A stretch of 64,000 bases of DNA, taken from Armatimonadota bacterium. GTDB lineage: Bacteria; Armatimonadota; UBA5829; DTJY01. Location: NCBI GenBank assembly GCA_023511795.1, contig JAIMAU010000006.1, forward strand, positions 77,730 to 141,729. Direction: 5' to 3'. Made by a program: the position numbers and the translations under genes. This document shows positions 9,720 to 20,156 of this stretch, one piece after another. Numbering within the stretch: position 1 is the first letter of the stretch; each line of letters starts with the position of its first letter. The notes under the pieces are model-generated. The model was given only the letters and a program-made list of their open reading frames with translations, made no database searches and had not been told where the DNA came from.

Positions 9720-10400
9720 ATGAAAAGGTTTATATTCATAATGGTGCTAATTGCACTAGTCACCCAACTGGTAATGACGATTGCACTAGCAGAGGTAACA
9801 AATGTCACCTCCCCACCATTATCCAGAAAGTGGAACCTCATTAGTTTGCCTGCAATCCCAAAAAACCCAAATCCTGAGGTTGTTTTCGCAGGTTTCCCGG
9901 TAGGAAGTGGTATTCTCTGGAGATATAGCGCGCCGGACTCAAATTTCTACTGCTACGACCCTTGGGACCCCGAGCCGTTTGGTGGTGCGTTAATCACCGA
10001 AGGCTACTGGCTATGGTGTGAAAATGGTGGGCTGACCATATCCTATGAAGCCGTGACCGAAAACTACAATACCGACATGTGGATTAGCCTTCCTGGAAAG
10101 CCAACTGATACTATCGGAGGCGGTTGGACGCTTATAGGAACGCCCTACAACTTTAATTACCCCTGGGAAAACGTAAAGGTAACAGACGGTACGCAGACAT
10201 TAACTGTAGAACAAGCATGCAATTTGGCAGATCCCTGGTTAGCGAAAACACATTGGTGGTTTGATGCTACAGCACAATCACTAATGACCCTGAGCTATCC
10301 AGACCAATGGCCTGATTCAACAGAATTGCTACCCTGGCATGGATATTGGATACAATCTCTTAAGGACAACCTCGCCTTGATTCTAGAGGTGCCATCTTAG
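9720..10400 (+). CDS. Secreted Trp-rich protein of unknown function with internal duplication
   Basis: Signal peptide; WNLISLP...EGYWL repeated as WTLIGTP...HGYWI; GAGGTG RBS. Confidence 0.7.
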   Translation: MKRFIFIMVLIALVTQLVMTIALAEVTNVTSPPLSRKWNLISLPAIPKNPNPEVVFAGFPVGSGILWRYSAPDSNFYCYDPWDPEPFGGALITEGYWLWCENGGLTISYEAVTENYNTDMWISLPGKPTDTIGGGWTLIGTPYNFNYPWENVKVTDGTQTLTVEQACNLADPWLAKTHWWFDATAQSLMTLSYPDQWPDSTELLPWHGYWIQSLKDNLALILEVPS

Positions 10401-10432
10401 TTAAAGGATTCTCGACACTCAACAAACATAAG

Positions 10433-10467
10433 AAAAAGCGATTAGCCAAAAGCTAATCGCTTTTTTA
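10433..10467 (+). terminator. Rho-independent terminator, possibly bidirectional
   Basis: aaaaagcgattagc-caaaa-gctaatcgctttttt perfect stem with T tract. Confidence 0.9.
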
Positions 10468-10817
10468 TTCCAAAATAAAACCCCATAATTTTAATCGTGC
10501 TGCCAACAATTAGTTTAAAATTAAACGTTCCTATGTTCACAGATTCTCTGAGCACGTTTACTAATATATTTAACCAGCTTTCGTTGAAATTTCGTAATTT
10601 CACTCAAACACAAAGGCCATGAATCTAGCTGACATCTTTTTACTTTCCCTGCAATCCTGCGCAAACACACCCCCATTGAAGCAAATCGATTCCATCTTAA
10701 TCAAAAGCAGGCCAACCACAGACTTTGTCAAATGTGTACGAATCTTATATAATACAGAATGGTGTCCTAGAATGCGGCGCCCCTATCCAGAAAAACTTTG
10801 GGGAGGAGTTCAAAGAT

Positions 10818-12473
10818 ATGGGAACTGAAATATCAATTTTGCAGAAAGCGCGAGCAGCCTATCAACCCAAGCTGCCAAAGGCATTGCGCGAAGGAAGAAT
10901 CAAGGTTGAACTCGGACCGCCTTCCGAACCTGCAACAGACAAAGTAGAGATACAGGCATTATTCCCAAACACCTACGGCCAGCCGATTGCAACATTGGCT
11001 GAAGGCGATGGGAATCTTAGCACAGCTCCTATGAAAGTTGGAGTTGTCCTTTCTGGCGGCCAGGCTCCTGGCGGTCATAATGTCATCGCAGGTTTGTTCG
11101 ATGCACTAAAGGCAGCAAACCCTGAAAGCAAGCTCTATGGCTTCCTCAAAGGGCCGGGAGGGGTGATAAAGTGTAAATACAAAGAACTTACAGCTGATGT
11201 AATAGACAAGTACCGCAACACTGGCGGTTTTGACATGATCATGAGCGGCAGAGACAAGATAGAAAAGATTGAGGAACTGGAAGCATGCGAAAAAAATTTC
11301 AAGGATCTCGGCCTTGATGGGCTAGTAATCATTGGCGGCGACGATTCGAATACAAACGCCGCCGTGCTCGCAGAGCACCTCAAAGCCAAGGGTTCTAAGA
11401 CTAAGATAATTGGAGTGCCAAAAACCATCGATGGCGATATGAAAAATGAACATATCGAGGCTTCCTTTGGATTCGACACTGCCGCAAAGTTATACTCCGA
11501 ACTTATCGGCAATATTGCTCGCGACGCAACCTCTGCAGTCAAATACTGGCATTTCATACGCTTAATGGGACGTGCGGCGAGCCACGTAACACTCGAGTGC
11601 GCGCTTCAAGTACATCCGAACATTGCACTGATTTCCGAAGAGGTCCAAGCCAAAGGCACAAATTTAGAAGAGATAGTTGACTATATCACCGATGTGATAG
11701 TCAAGCGTTCGCAGGCTGGAAAAAACTACGGTGTGCTACTCGTCCCAGAGGGGCTTGTAGAGTTTATCGCAGACATAAAAACCATGATAGATGAGTTGAG
11801 TGCAATTCTCGGCAAAGACGAGGAATATATCAAGAGCCTTCCAGACCATTCCGAGCGTGTACAGTATTTGAGTAGCTTGCTGAGCGAACACAGCGGAAAA
11901 GTATACAATTCACTACCGGTGGACATCCAGGAAGTCCTTCTCAAAAGAGACAGCCATGGGAACGTCCCGCTCTCACAAGTTGAAACCGAAAGGTTGCTGA
12001 TTGACCTGGTTTCCGACAAAATACGCTTCCTGCAAGCGCATGATGGCAAAGACTTCGTGAAGTTCAGTCCGCTATCACATTTCTTTGGGTATGAAGGCCG
12101 ATGCGCGGCACCGACTAACTTTGATGCAGATTATGCATATTCGCTTGGCTACGCAGCGGCACAGTTAATACGAGCTGGGCTGAGCGGATACACCGTAATG
12201 GTGAAAAACCTAACACGCCCAGCAGATGAATGGGTAGCAGGTGGTATCCCAATTACAATGATGCTTAATATGGAGGTTCGCAAAGGAAAACGCGTCCCTG
12301 TTATCCGAAAAGCGTTAGTAGACCTCGACGGCGCACCGTTCAAGGAGTTTGCAGCTAATCGAGAAAAATGGGCGCTAAATGACGAATATATTTACCCAGG
12401 TCCAATTCAGTATTTTGGACCGCCTGAAATTTGCGACGCACCAACAATAACGCTTACATTAGAAAGGCGTTAA
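10818..12473 (+). CDS. pfp: Pyrophosphate-dependent phosphofructokinase (long type)
   Basis: SGGQAPGG, GGDDSNTNA, PKTIDGD, MGR and FGYEGRC; GGAGGAG RBS supports ATG 10818. Confidence 0.95.
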   Translation: MGTEISILQKARAAYQPKLPKALREGRIKVELGPPSEPATDKVEIQALFPNTYGQPIATLAEGDGNLSTAPMKVGVVLSGGQAPGGHNVIAGLFDALKAANPESKLYGFLKGPGGVIKCKYKELTADVIDKYRNTGGFDMIMSGRDKIEKIEELEACEKNFKDLGLDGLVIIGGDDSNTNAAVLAEHLKAKGSKTKIIGVPKTIDGDMKNEHIEASFGFDTAAKLYSELIGNIARDATSAVKYWHFIRLMGRAASHVTLECALQVHPNIALISEEVQAKGTNLEEIVDYITDVIVKRSQAGKNYGVLLVPEGLVEFIADIKTMIDELSAILGKDEEYIKSLPDHSERVQYLSSLLSEHSGKVYNSLPVDIQEVLLKRDSHGNVPLSQVETERLLIDLVSDKIRFLQAHDGKDFVKFSPLSHFFGYEGRCAAPTNFDADYAYSLGYAAAQLIRAGLSGYTVMVKNLTRPADEWVAGGIPITMMLNMEVRKGKRVPVIRKALVDLDGAPFKEFAANREKWALNDEYIYPGPIQYFGPPEICDAPTITLTLERR

Positions 12474-12745
12474 TAGAAGGGGCATTAAAAGAATCGGAGC
12501 GGTCATATTTTATGCTGCTTTAGATGACGGTGTTGATGTCATCCACTGGAATGCATTATAGAAATACGATTGCAGCTGAAGTGACTGTTCTCCCATCTAG
12601 CGACTTTACTATTATGGCACGTCTGTGGTAAGATAATGCTAGGTCCCCCTTGACAGAATATTCTTACTTTGGGGACCGAGTGTGTAATCGTTTCCATACC
12701 GGCAATGGTCGGCAAATACTAACTAAATACTTTAGAGAGGTCAGT

Positions 12746-14566
12746 ATGTGTGGAATTGTTGGATTTATTGGAAGCAGGAACTGCGTATCATCCCTGCTTG
12801 ACCAACTTTCAAAGCTAGAGTACAGAGGCTATGACTCGGCAGGCATTGCAGTTGTGGCAGACCATTCTTTGAAAGTCGTCAAGACTGTCGGAAAGATCAA
12901 AGATCTCCGAAAAATTATTGGCGACCTAAGCGGGAATTTAGGAATCTGCCACACTCGATGGGCAACCCATGGTGCACCATCAACCCCAAACTCACATCCC
13001 CATACAAGCTGCGGAGGCGACATTGCAGTGGTCCACAACGGCATCGTAGAGAACTACCTTGAATTGCGAGAAAAGCTCACAAAAGAGGGACATGTCTTCA
13101 AATCTGAGACTGATACAGAAACAATCGCCCACCTAGTCGAAAAGTATTACAAGGGCGATCTCCTCGAAGCCGTTCGAGAGGCCGTAAAAGAGATAGAAGG
13201 ATCATACGCAATAGGCGTCATTCACAAAGACCATCCTGACATCTTGGTAGCAGCTCGGAAAGATAGTCCACTAATCGTCGGCATAGGGAAAGGTGAAAAC
13301 TACATTGCCTCAGATATCCCAGCGCTTCTTGGCCATACCCGTGAATTCATGGTACTAGAAGACGGCGACCTAGCCCTCCTAACGAAAGATAATATCACAC
13401 TTACTTCTGTTTCAGGAGCTCCGGTCAAGCGCGAGGTATTGCAGATTACGTGGGACGCCAACGCCGCGGAAAAAGGTGGCTACGAGCACTTCATGATAAA
13501 GGAGATACATGAGCAACCAGCGGTCATCAAAGAGGCTCTGCGAGGCAGACTAACCGCTGACGACACCGTGAGTCTTGAAGAAACAAAACTCACGCCCGAA
13601 CAACTTAAGAGGTTCAATCGCATTTACATTGTTGCATGCGGGACTGCGTACTATGCCGGTTGTGTGGGAAAATATTTCTTCGAGAAAGTACTTGGCGTGC
13701 CAGTTGAAGTTGATTTGGCATCCGAATTCCGATATCGTGGCCCAATACTAGACGATAAAAGCTTGGTAATCGCTATAAGCCAATCGGGTGAGACCGCGGA
13801 CACGCTAGCTGCAGTTCGTCTAGCGAAGAAGTTCGGCTCTACAACTGTGGCAGTTGTAAACGTAATCGGAAGCTCGTTATACAGAGAATGCGACAGCATT
13901 CTTTATACTCGTGCAGGGCCTGAAATCTGCGTTGCATCAACAAAAGCATACATCACTCAGATAATCGGCCTCTACCTGATGGGTATCTACCTTGCCCGCG
14001 CAAGAGGCACAATGTCTCTTGAACAAGAAAAGGAATACGTCAAAGAGCTGCGAAAGCTCCCTGAAGTAGCTGAGAGAGCAATGCAGACCGAAGACCAGAT
14101 AAAGGAAATTGCAAAGGCACTGGCTCCCCAGGAACACGCATACTTCCTTGGTCGTGGCTTGGACTACGCAGTCGGTTTGGAAGGTGCGCTCAAACTTAAA
14201 GAAATTTCCTATATTCATGCCGAGGCATACGCCGCTGGCGAGATGAAACATGGCCCACTTGCATTAATTACAAAAGGCACTTGGGTAATCGTTCCGGTAA
14301 CCCAAGAGCATGTGCGTGAGAAAACAATCTCGAACATCAAGGAAATGCAAGCTAGGGGAGCAACCATACTGGCGCTTCTCAAGGAAGGTGATCCCGACCT
14401 GAGCCATGTTGTTGACTATGTGGTCTGGGTGCCAAAGGTACACGACCTATTCATGCCTGTGCCAACTATGATTCCACTTCAGTTGCTTGCATACTGGACA
14501 TCCCAAATATTAAATCGCGAGATTGACCAGCCTAGGAACCTGGCAAAGAGCGTGACAGTAGAATAA
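12746..14566 (+). CDS. glmS: Glutamine--fructose-6-phosphate aminotransferase
   Basis: Starts MCGIVG; HTRWATHG, SQSGETADT and C-terminal PRNLAKSVTVE. Confidence 0.98.
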   Translation: MCGIVGFIGSRNCVSSLLDQLSKLEYRGYDSAGIAVVADHSLKVVKTVGKIKDLRKIIGDLSGNLGICHTRWATHGAPSTPNSHPHTSCGGDIAVVHNGIVENYLELREKLTKEGHVFKSETDTETIAHLVEKYYKGDLLEAVREAVKEIEGSYAIGVIHKDHPDILVAARKDSPLIVGIGKGENYIASDIPALLGHTREFMVLEDGDLALLTKDNITLTSVSGAPVKREVLQITWDANAAEKGGYEHFMIKEIHEQPAVIKEALRGRLTADDTVSLEETKLTPEQLKRFNRIYIVACGTAYYAGCVGKYFFEKVLGVPVEVDLASEFRYRGPILDDKSLVIAISQSGETADTLAAVRLAKKFGSTTVAVVNVIGSSLYRECDSILYTRAGPEICVASTKAYITQIIGLYLMGIYLARARGTMSLEQEKEYVKELRKLPEVAERAMQTEDQIKEIAKALAPQEHAYFLGRGLDYAVGLEGALKLKEISYIHAEAYAAGEMKHGPLALITKGTWVIVPVTQEHVREKTISNIKEMQARGATILALLKEGDPDLSHVVDYVVWVPKVHDLFMPVPTMIPLQLLAYWTSQILNREIDQPRNLAKSVTVE

Positions 14567-14587
14567 AACACAAGCTCGTATAAAGCC

Positions 14588-14612
14588 ATAGTCGGCACGA
14601 TTTGCTGACTAT
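14588..14612 (+). terminator. Hairpin downstream of glmS, possible terminator
   Basis: atagtcggca-cgatt-tgctgactat stem; no good T tract. Confidence 0.4.
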
Positions 14613-14710
14613 CAAAGACGGATTGTTGCACTAAAAGGGAGATTAGGTGCGAGAAAAGTAGTGTTTCTCCGACTACATTAGTTCACCTACTCTCCCTTTA
14701 TTACAATATC

Positions 14711-15589
14711 ATGAGCACTGTTCTTATTTACAATCCAACTGCTGGCCGAAGCCATCCGAGGCTGTTTAGAAGGGGATTAGAGCAAGTCATTTGTGAACAC
14801 GGCTTAGACTGCGAAATCAAGTCAACAGCCAAGCCAGGTGATGCGACGATTTTTGCGCATCAGGCGGCAGAAAAAGGCGCAAAGCTAATAATTGCGGCTG
14901 GTGGGGACGGAACAATTAACGAAGTTGTCACTGGAATGGCCGGTTCAGGCGCTACTCTGGGTATTCTACCTCTTGGCACTGTCAATGTTCTTGCCCGCGA
15001 GCTTGGAATTCCACTAAAAATCAACAAAGCCATTAAAACTATCCTTCAAGGGCATGTCAAGAACATAGATATTGGCATCGCAAACAGCAGATGCTTTGTG
15101 CTGATGGCAGGTTTCGGATTCGATGCCGAAGTAGTCGCAAACATCGTTCAGCCGCTTAAAGACCTCATAGGCGCTACAGCATATGTGCTTAAAGGTCTCG
15201 AAACCCTTGCAAGGTACAAGGCAACGAAATTCACCCTTGAAATGCCAGATAACCGCTATTCGGGCTTGGCATACGTCGTGGTGGTTGCAAACTCCCCGAC
15301 TTACACATACAAGTTGAAAATTGCACCATATGGGTCGCATGACGACGGTCTCCTAGATGTCCTTGTTTTCGAGCAACCAGTAACGTTCAAATTGGGGTTT
15401 TTGCGCCAAATTTTTGAACTATTCATGCAAAGGCATGTTTATAACAAAAACATCCGATACTTTAAGACAACAAGCGTGATTGTGCGCTCAGAACCTGACA
15501 CAATGGTTCAACTCGATGGCGATTATTTCGGCAAAACCCCAGTAGCAGTCTCCATCTCTCCACACGCCCTTCCTGTCCTTGTTCCCTAG
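14711..15589 (+). CDS. Diacylglycerol/lipid kinase family protein (YegS/DagK)
   Basis: YNPTAG, GGDGTINEV, PLGTVN, GFDAEV and QLDGD. Confidence 0.92.
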   Translation: MSTVLIYNPTAGRSHPRLFRRGLEQVICEHGLDCEIKSTAKPGDATIFAHQAAEKGAKLIIAAGGDGTINEVVTGMAGSGATLGILPLGTVNVLARELGIPLKINKAIKTILQGHVKNIDIGIANSRCFVLMAGFGFDAEVVANIVQPLKDLIGATAYVLKGLETLARYKATKFTLEMPDNRYSGLAYVVVVANSPTYTYKLKIAPYGSHDDGLLDVLVFEQPVTFKLGFLRQIFELFMQRHVYNKNIRYFKTTSVIVRSEPDTMVQLDGDYFGKTPVAVSISPHALPVLVP

Positions 15590-15628
15590 TATTTTCGGCA
15601 AATCCCCTATTTAACACTGCTAAAAGAT

Positions 15629-15652
15629 AAGGCAGGGATTTCTCCCTGCCTT
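15629..15652 (-). terminator. Rho-independent terminator between convergent genes
   Basis: aaggcaggga-tttc-tccctgcctt; T-rich tail on the minus strand. Confidence 0.75.
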
Positions 15653-15701
15653 GAAGCGTTCCTTTATTGCGGATGGATTTTAACCTGCCTACATGTTGTC
15701 T

Positions 15702-18700
15702 TTAGTACTCGATGCTAAACTGGACGAAGTCCGTTGAGCTCGAGTGAGAAGTGCTCTTGATAGTAGTATACTGCCGCAGCCTGACCTCACCTGAAGCTGA
15801 GATATAACTCGCCGGGGAAGTTGTGCTCCAAGTTATGGTGACATCACTATTGCCCACCGTTCTGCTATCTATCTCCACCCATGACGAGGTGGACCAATTG
15901 TAAAGGTACAGCTTTTGATTCAAAGAGGTGGAGAGCTTACCATCAAATGTGATGCTAAGCTTCGTCACGCTACCGGGTGCCTCCGCTATTGAGACACTGC
16001 TGTACCAATCAATAATCTGGCTTTGACCTTGCTTTGCAGAGTTGATCACCAGATATGAGGAATCATTCGAGGCTAAGTTGCTTACAGAACCCGAGGCCAC
16101 ACTGCCTTTTGTAAGCGTGATTGACGTGGGCGCATAGTTCTTGGTCTGGACGCCAGGTGTAGTTGCATAGGCTGGAGCACTTTGAGCCGATTCGTTGCCC
16201 GCTGCATCATAAGCGCTAACCGTATAGGTATAGCTGGTGTTCGGCGAGCAAGTGGTATCTGAATAGCTGGTTGCGGTCGAGATACCAATCTGAGCACCAT
16301 TTCGGTAGATTTTATAGCCAGCAACTCCTATATTGTCCGTGGACGCAGTCCACGAGAGATCAACACGGGTCTTGGACACCGGCGTGGCAGTCAGGTTTGT
16401 CGGCACACTCGGTGGTTGGGAATCTATATCACCGACTTTCAAGAACCTCGCCGCGTCAGCCATGACCACCAGACTGGCTTCGCCTGTAGCATTGCCAAGC
16501 CTCAGGTAGCCGCCAGTTCCAGTAGCAAACGGTTTGGAGCTGACCAAAATGTTCCAACGGCCACCGTTCGTCTGTTGATTAACCTCAACCAGCTGGGAGC
16601 CGCCGTTCCAATACACAGCGTATGGTGCCTTTGTGGAACGGTTGGTTCCCTGCGGATACCAGCAGTAGACATCATAGTAACCAGCCAATTGAATGTTTGG
16701 CCTCCAAGTAGCTGTGCCTGTCTCGGTTGTCTGCGTGCCTATATAACGGTAATCCGACCCATATTTATCCACAGACATTGTGCCAGTAGACCATGTCCCA
16801 GTGAACGTAGCGTCAGGATTGTCAATAATGAAATCGGTAGTCGCGGGCGTAGTCACGACTGCTGGAGCGCTTTTCCCAGACTCGTTCAGGGCACCATCGT
16901 AAGCCGTTACTTCGTAGGTATAGGTTGTATTCGATGAGCATGTTGTATCGGAGTAACTAGTGGTTGTGCTCACGCCGATTTGTGAGTTATTCCTATAGAT
17001 TTTGTAGCCAACAACGCCTACATTATCGGTCGAGGCGCTCCATGTAAGGTTTACCTGAGTGGGTGAAACTGGCGTAGCGGCAAGGTTCTGCGGCACACTC
17101 GGCGGCTGGGTGTCTGGTTCACCACCCACCTGGATTGACTTTTGAACAGTTGCACCAAACCATGTTACGCCATCGCGAACCATCCGCCAATCGGTGATGT
17201 AGTTACCAGGTGTAGTTGGTGCCGTCAAAGTGAACGTCCAAGTATATGTATCGCCCGGGTTCACCTCTCCTGATTATAGTATGGCGGGTTTGGGTTGTAA
17301 ATGGGTCGGAATCATCAACCGCACCAAGCCTGAATGCCTTTGCCTCCGACCAAACTACTCCCCTATTGCGTAGCGTAATACTGACTTGTCTGACTTCTCC
17401 GGGCGCCATTTGGGAGGGTATAGTGTCGCTCACATATTCCGACGAATAGAAACCCCAGGTAGGAGTTGTTCCGAAATACTGACAGATGCCTTTGTAGATT
17501 CCCCACATAGCGCCTGAAGTCCAGAACGAATCCCTCAGCCTAATGGCATCGAGGTCGCAAGTGTCATGGAAGGCTAACTCAATGAGAATCGCCGCCCTAT
17601 CTGGGATTCGGATTTCGCCATATGCTCCGTTCGAGTCAGCCTTTCCTCGGTCTACCCATCCCGAGTCACCGATTTCATTGCGGATTGTGGATATTAGACT
17701 ATCGTGAACCGCATTAGCAAGATTTTGGCTGACATTACACCAAGCAGCATGCTCAGCGGAGCAATCGTAATAGGTAATCGTGCCTGTCGGGCACGTTGTG
17801 CCATAGCAGTCACCTTGATAGCCATTTGTGGAGGGAAATGTAAATGTTTGTGTTGTCGTAGTCTGAGGCAAGTGGTCTCGCACGTATATCGTCACTTGAT
17901 TCGCTGGCACCAGTTCCTAACGTGCAGTCGCCAGTATAGCTAGCATATACACTACACGGATATCCTACATGCTGGAGCCAGTAGGATGCACCCATTTTCC
18001 ACCAATCCTGATTGGAAAGCGGACAAGTACCATAGTTCTTGTCTGTACAACGGACCATCTTGACAAGCATGCCGTCGGCTTCAAGGTAAGACTTTAGATA
18101 TATCGAGTAAGTAAGGTTATGGAAGTCCTCCTGGTCAAGTGGCGCACAGTAGACGGGACGGGCTGTATACCAACCACTGCCATTCCAGTATATACCATGG
18201 CCTGGTGAGAGCGTTATGCTCCGTCCGCTTAGAGATTGAATGCCAACTTCGCCGGTGGGCTCAGTTGCTCCAGCAGGCTCGATTTCGGGCGCAGGCGGCA
18301 GGAAGTTCGACATAAGTTCTCCATTGACTGTGAGCCTTATGCTTTTTCTTGGGATGAACTGCTCCACTGTTGCCTTCGTTTGCTTGAAGATTGCCTCTAA
18401 CCTAGCTTCGTCAAGCCCCGCTAGCACCTCTTCGGAGAAGTCCACTACTACCGTGTCCCCCTCAATATTCATGCCTTTGATTTTCGTGCCCCTTGGGATC
18501 GCTGAACCTAGCCCGCCAGCACCGTATACCATCTCAGGCCCTGCAGCAAGTGCGCTTAGGGCGGAGATTGGATCCGCTATTGCAGGGTCATTGATGCCGA
18601 CCATTGAGCCGTCCTGGCTCAAGAAATACACCGTGCCTGACTGGCACGCTCCTCCTAAGAGCAAGCTTAGAAAAAGAGTCAGGGGCAAAATAAGGTGGAA

Positions 18701-18727
18701 TGGAAAACGCATGCCTTTCATTGGCAT
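15702..18727 (-). pseudogene. GerMN + N-acetylmuramoyl-L-alanine amidase + Ig-like + FN3 + golvesin-like + FN3 protein, split into three ORFs by two frameshifts (or sequencing errors)
   Basis: ORFs 17810-18727, 17203-17910 and 15702-17264 join into one protein: ...ISLH|TNGYQG... near 17827 and ...RHTI|SGEVNPGD... near 17274. Amidase_3 motifs LSPGHG, ISLHTN and LIELAFHD. Confidence 0.8.
16155..17117 (-). repeat. Two FN3 repeats (about 16846-17117 and 16155-16424) flanking a golvesin-like domain
   Basis: DTQPPSVPQNL...WSASTDNVGVVGYKIYRN vs DSQPPSVPTNL...WTASTDNIGVAGYKIYRN. Confidence 0.85.
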
Positions 18728-19060
18728 CCCTCCCGAGAGATAAAATTCCGCACGGCAGCATGAAGATCGTTGGTGGCCTCCGGGAGAAATGCTAGCAAGT
18801 AATGGCTAGCTAGCGTGGAACGATCATCTGTGAGTGCCGAGCGATACCAAAGCCATTTTAATTTATTATTAAGTGTTTGTCAACTAAATAAACTACCGTA
18901 AGATAGATTTGATTCCTACCCTCGATGGAAGTCTTCCCAACCCACGTCAAACTTGATAATACCAAATAAACTGTTTTAGCAACGCAGTTGCTTGCTCCTA
19001 TTTCATAAGCGTGCTATAATGCCCACCGAAGTCTATTTGAATGCGCACCGAGGCAAGAAC

Positions 19061-19897
19061 ATGATTATGCGCTTTGTCAGCGGGATTATTGGCATTCCGC
19101 TGATGATTCTCTCGCTTCTCGTATGGAAGGGAACACCCTTCATCTTAGCTATTGGATTGCTTTCGCTGCTAGGGTTGAACGAGTTCTACCGAGGTGTGCG
19201 CAGGACCGGCGCCGAACCCCAGGAATGGCTTGGCGTTGGGTGTGTAATACTTTTCCTTTTTGCCGCACGAGAGAGGTTCAATCCACCAGTGATTTTAATG
19301 CCGGGCGTTTTGACCTTCTTTATAATTTCCAGCTTGTCCATTGAGCTCTTAAAACGCGACCGGGCCCCGATTCGGAATCTCGGTGTGACATACCTGGGAG
19401 TAATCTATGTCGGCTGGCTGTTCTCCTATCTAGTGGCTCTCCAAAGCATCCCAGGAAAAACCCAAATGAAAATCACTGGCTTCGAGGTTCCATGGGGAGC
19501 ATGGCTTGTACTATTTGTCGTTTTCGCAGCATGGGCGGCGGATACTGGAGCATACTTGATAGGTCGAAAATGGGGTTATCATAAAATGACACCAGTTCTA
19601 AGCCCCGGGAAAAGCTGGGAGGGTGCACTTGCTGGCATCACATGGTCCGTCGCTATGTGCGTGGTTATGGGGCTACTCGTCTCGATGCCGTGGGTCCACA
19701 TTTTGGTGCTTGGCGTTAGCATCGCACTCGTAAGCTTGGTTGGCGACCTGGTAGAATCATCCTTGAAGCGCGAACTTGGACTCAAAGACTTTGGCAGCGT
19801 CCTACCGGGCCATGGGGGAATTCTTGACCGCTTTGATGGTCTTTTCTTTGCGGCTCCGTTCTTCTATTACTACGTCACACTTGTTATGAAATTTTAG
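19061..19897 (+). CDS. cdsA: Phosphatidate cytidylyltransferase
   Basis: DTGAY, SPGKSWEG, GDLVESSLKR and PGHGGILDRFD; TGnTATAAT promoter at about 19012-19020. Confidence 0.95.
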   Translation: MIMRFVSGIIGIPLMILSLLVWKGTPFILAIGLLSLLGLNEFYRGVRRTGAEPQEWLGVGCVILFLFAARERFNPPVILMPGVLTFFIISSLSIELLKRDRAPIRNLGVTYLGVIYVGWLFSYLVALQSIPGKTQMKITGFEVPWGAWLVLFVVFAAWAADTGAYLIGRKWGYHKMTPVLSPGKSWEGALAGITWSVAMCVVMGLLVSMPWVHILVLGVSIALVSLVGDLVESSLKRELGLKDFGSVLPGHGGILDRFDGLFFAAPFFYYYVTLVMKF

Positions 19898-20046
19898 CAC
19901 CAATCTAAATCATCCAGGACTTTGGAAAATTTATAAACAACCAAATTGGCTTATAAACAGCTTGAATTTTCCCATTGCACTAAATTAAAAACTACTTTGA
20001 GATCTTCAACCGGCTTTTGATGTTGAATTTTGGAGGATAATAAAAA

Positions 20047-20121
20047 TGGCTGCCGGACCAGGACTCGAACCTGGAACATCGTGGTCCAGAGCCACGCGCT
20101 CTACCATTGAGCTATCCGGCA
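20047..20121 (-). tRNA. tRNA-Gln (CTG)
   Basis: Reverse complement gives acceptor stem TGCCGGA/TCCGGCA, then G-CCA; D-loop AATGGTA; anticodon arm CGTGG-CT-CTG-GA-CCACG; T-loop GTTCGAG. Confidence 0.97.
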
Positions 20122-20156
20122 GCGCACTTACATGATATCATGCATTGGGTTAGATG

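Noticed and set aside
12474-12745. glmS ribozyme upstream of glmS
   Set aside because: No AGCGCC cleavage-site core or GACGAGG/UUAUCGAA elements; only simple hairpins (gatgac/gtcatc, ggtcccc/ggggacc)
10725-12745. Extended N-termini given by the track for pfp (10725) and glmS (12650); likewise glnS, folD and the 53903 start
   Set aside because: RBS positions and family N-termini (GlmS needs Cys at position 2) support the downstream starts
16416-16937. Long antisense ORFs over real genes (also 18240-18743, 33887-34450, 50141-50602)
   Set aside because: No recognisable motifs; fully overlap well-supported opposite-strand genes
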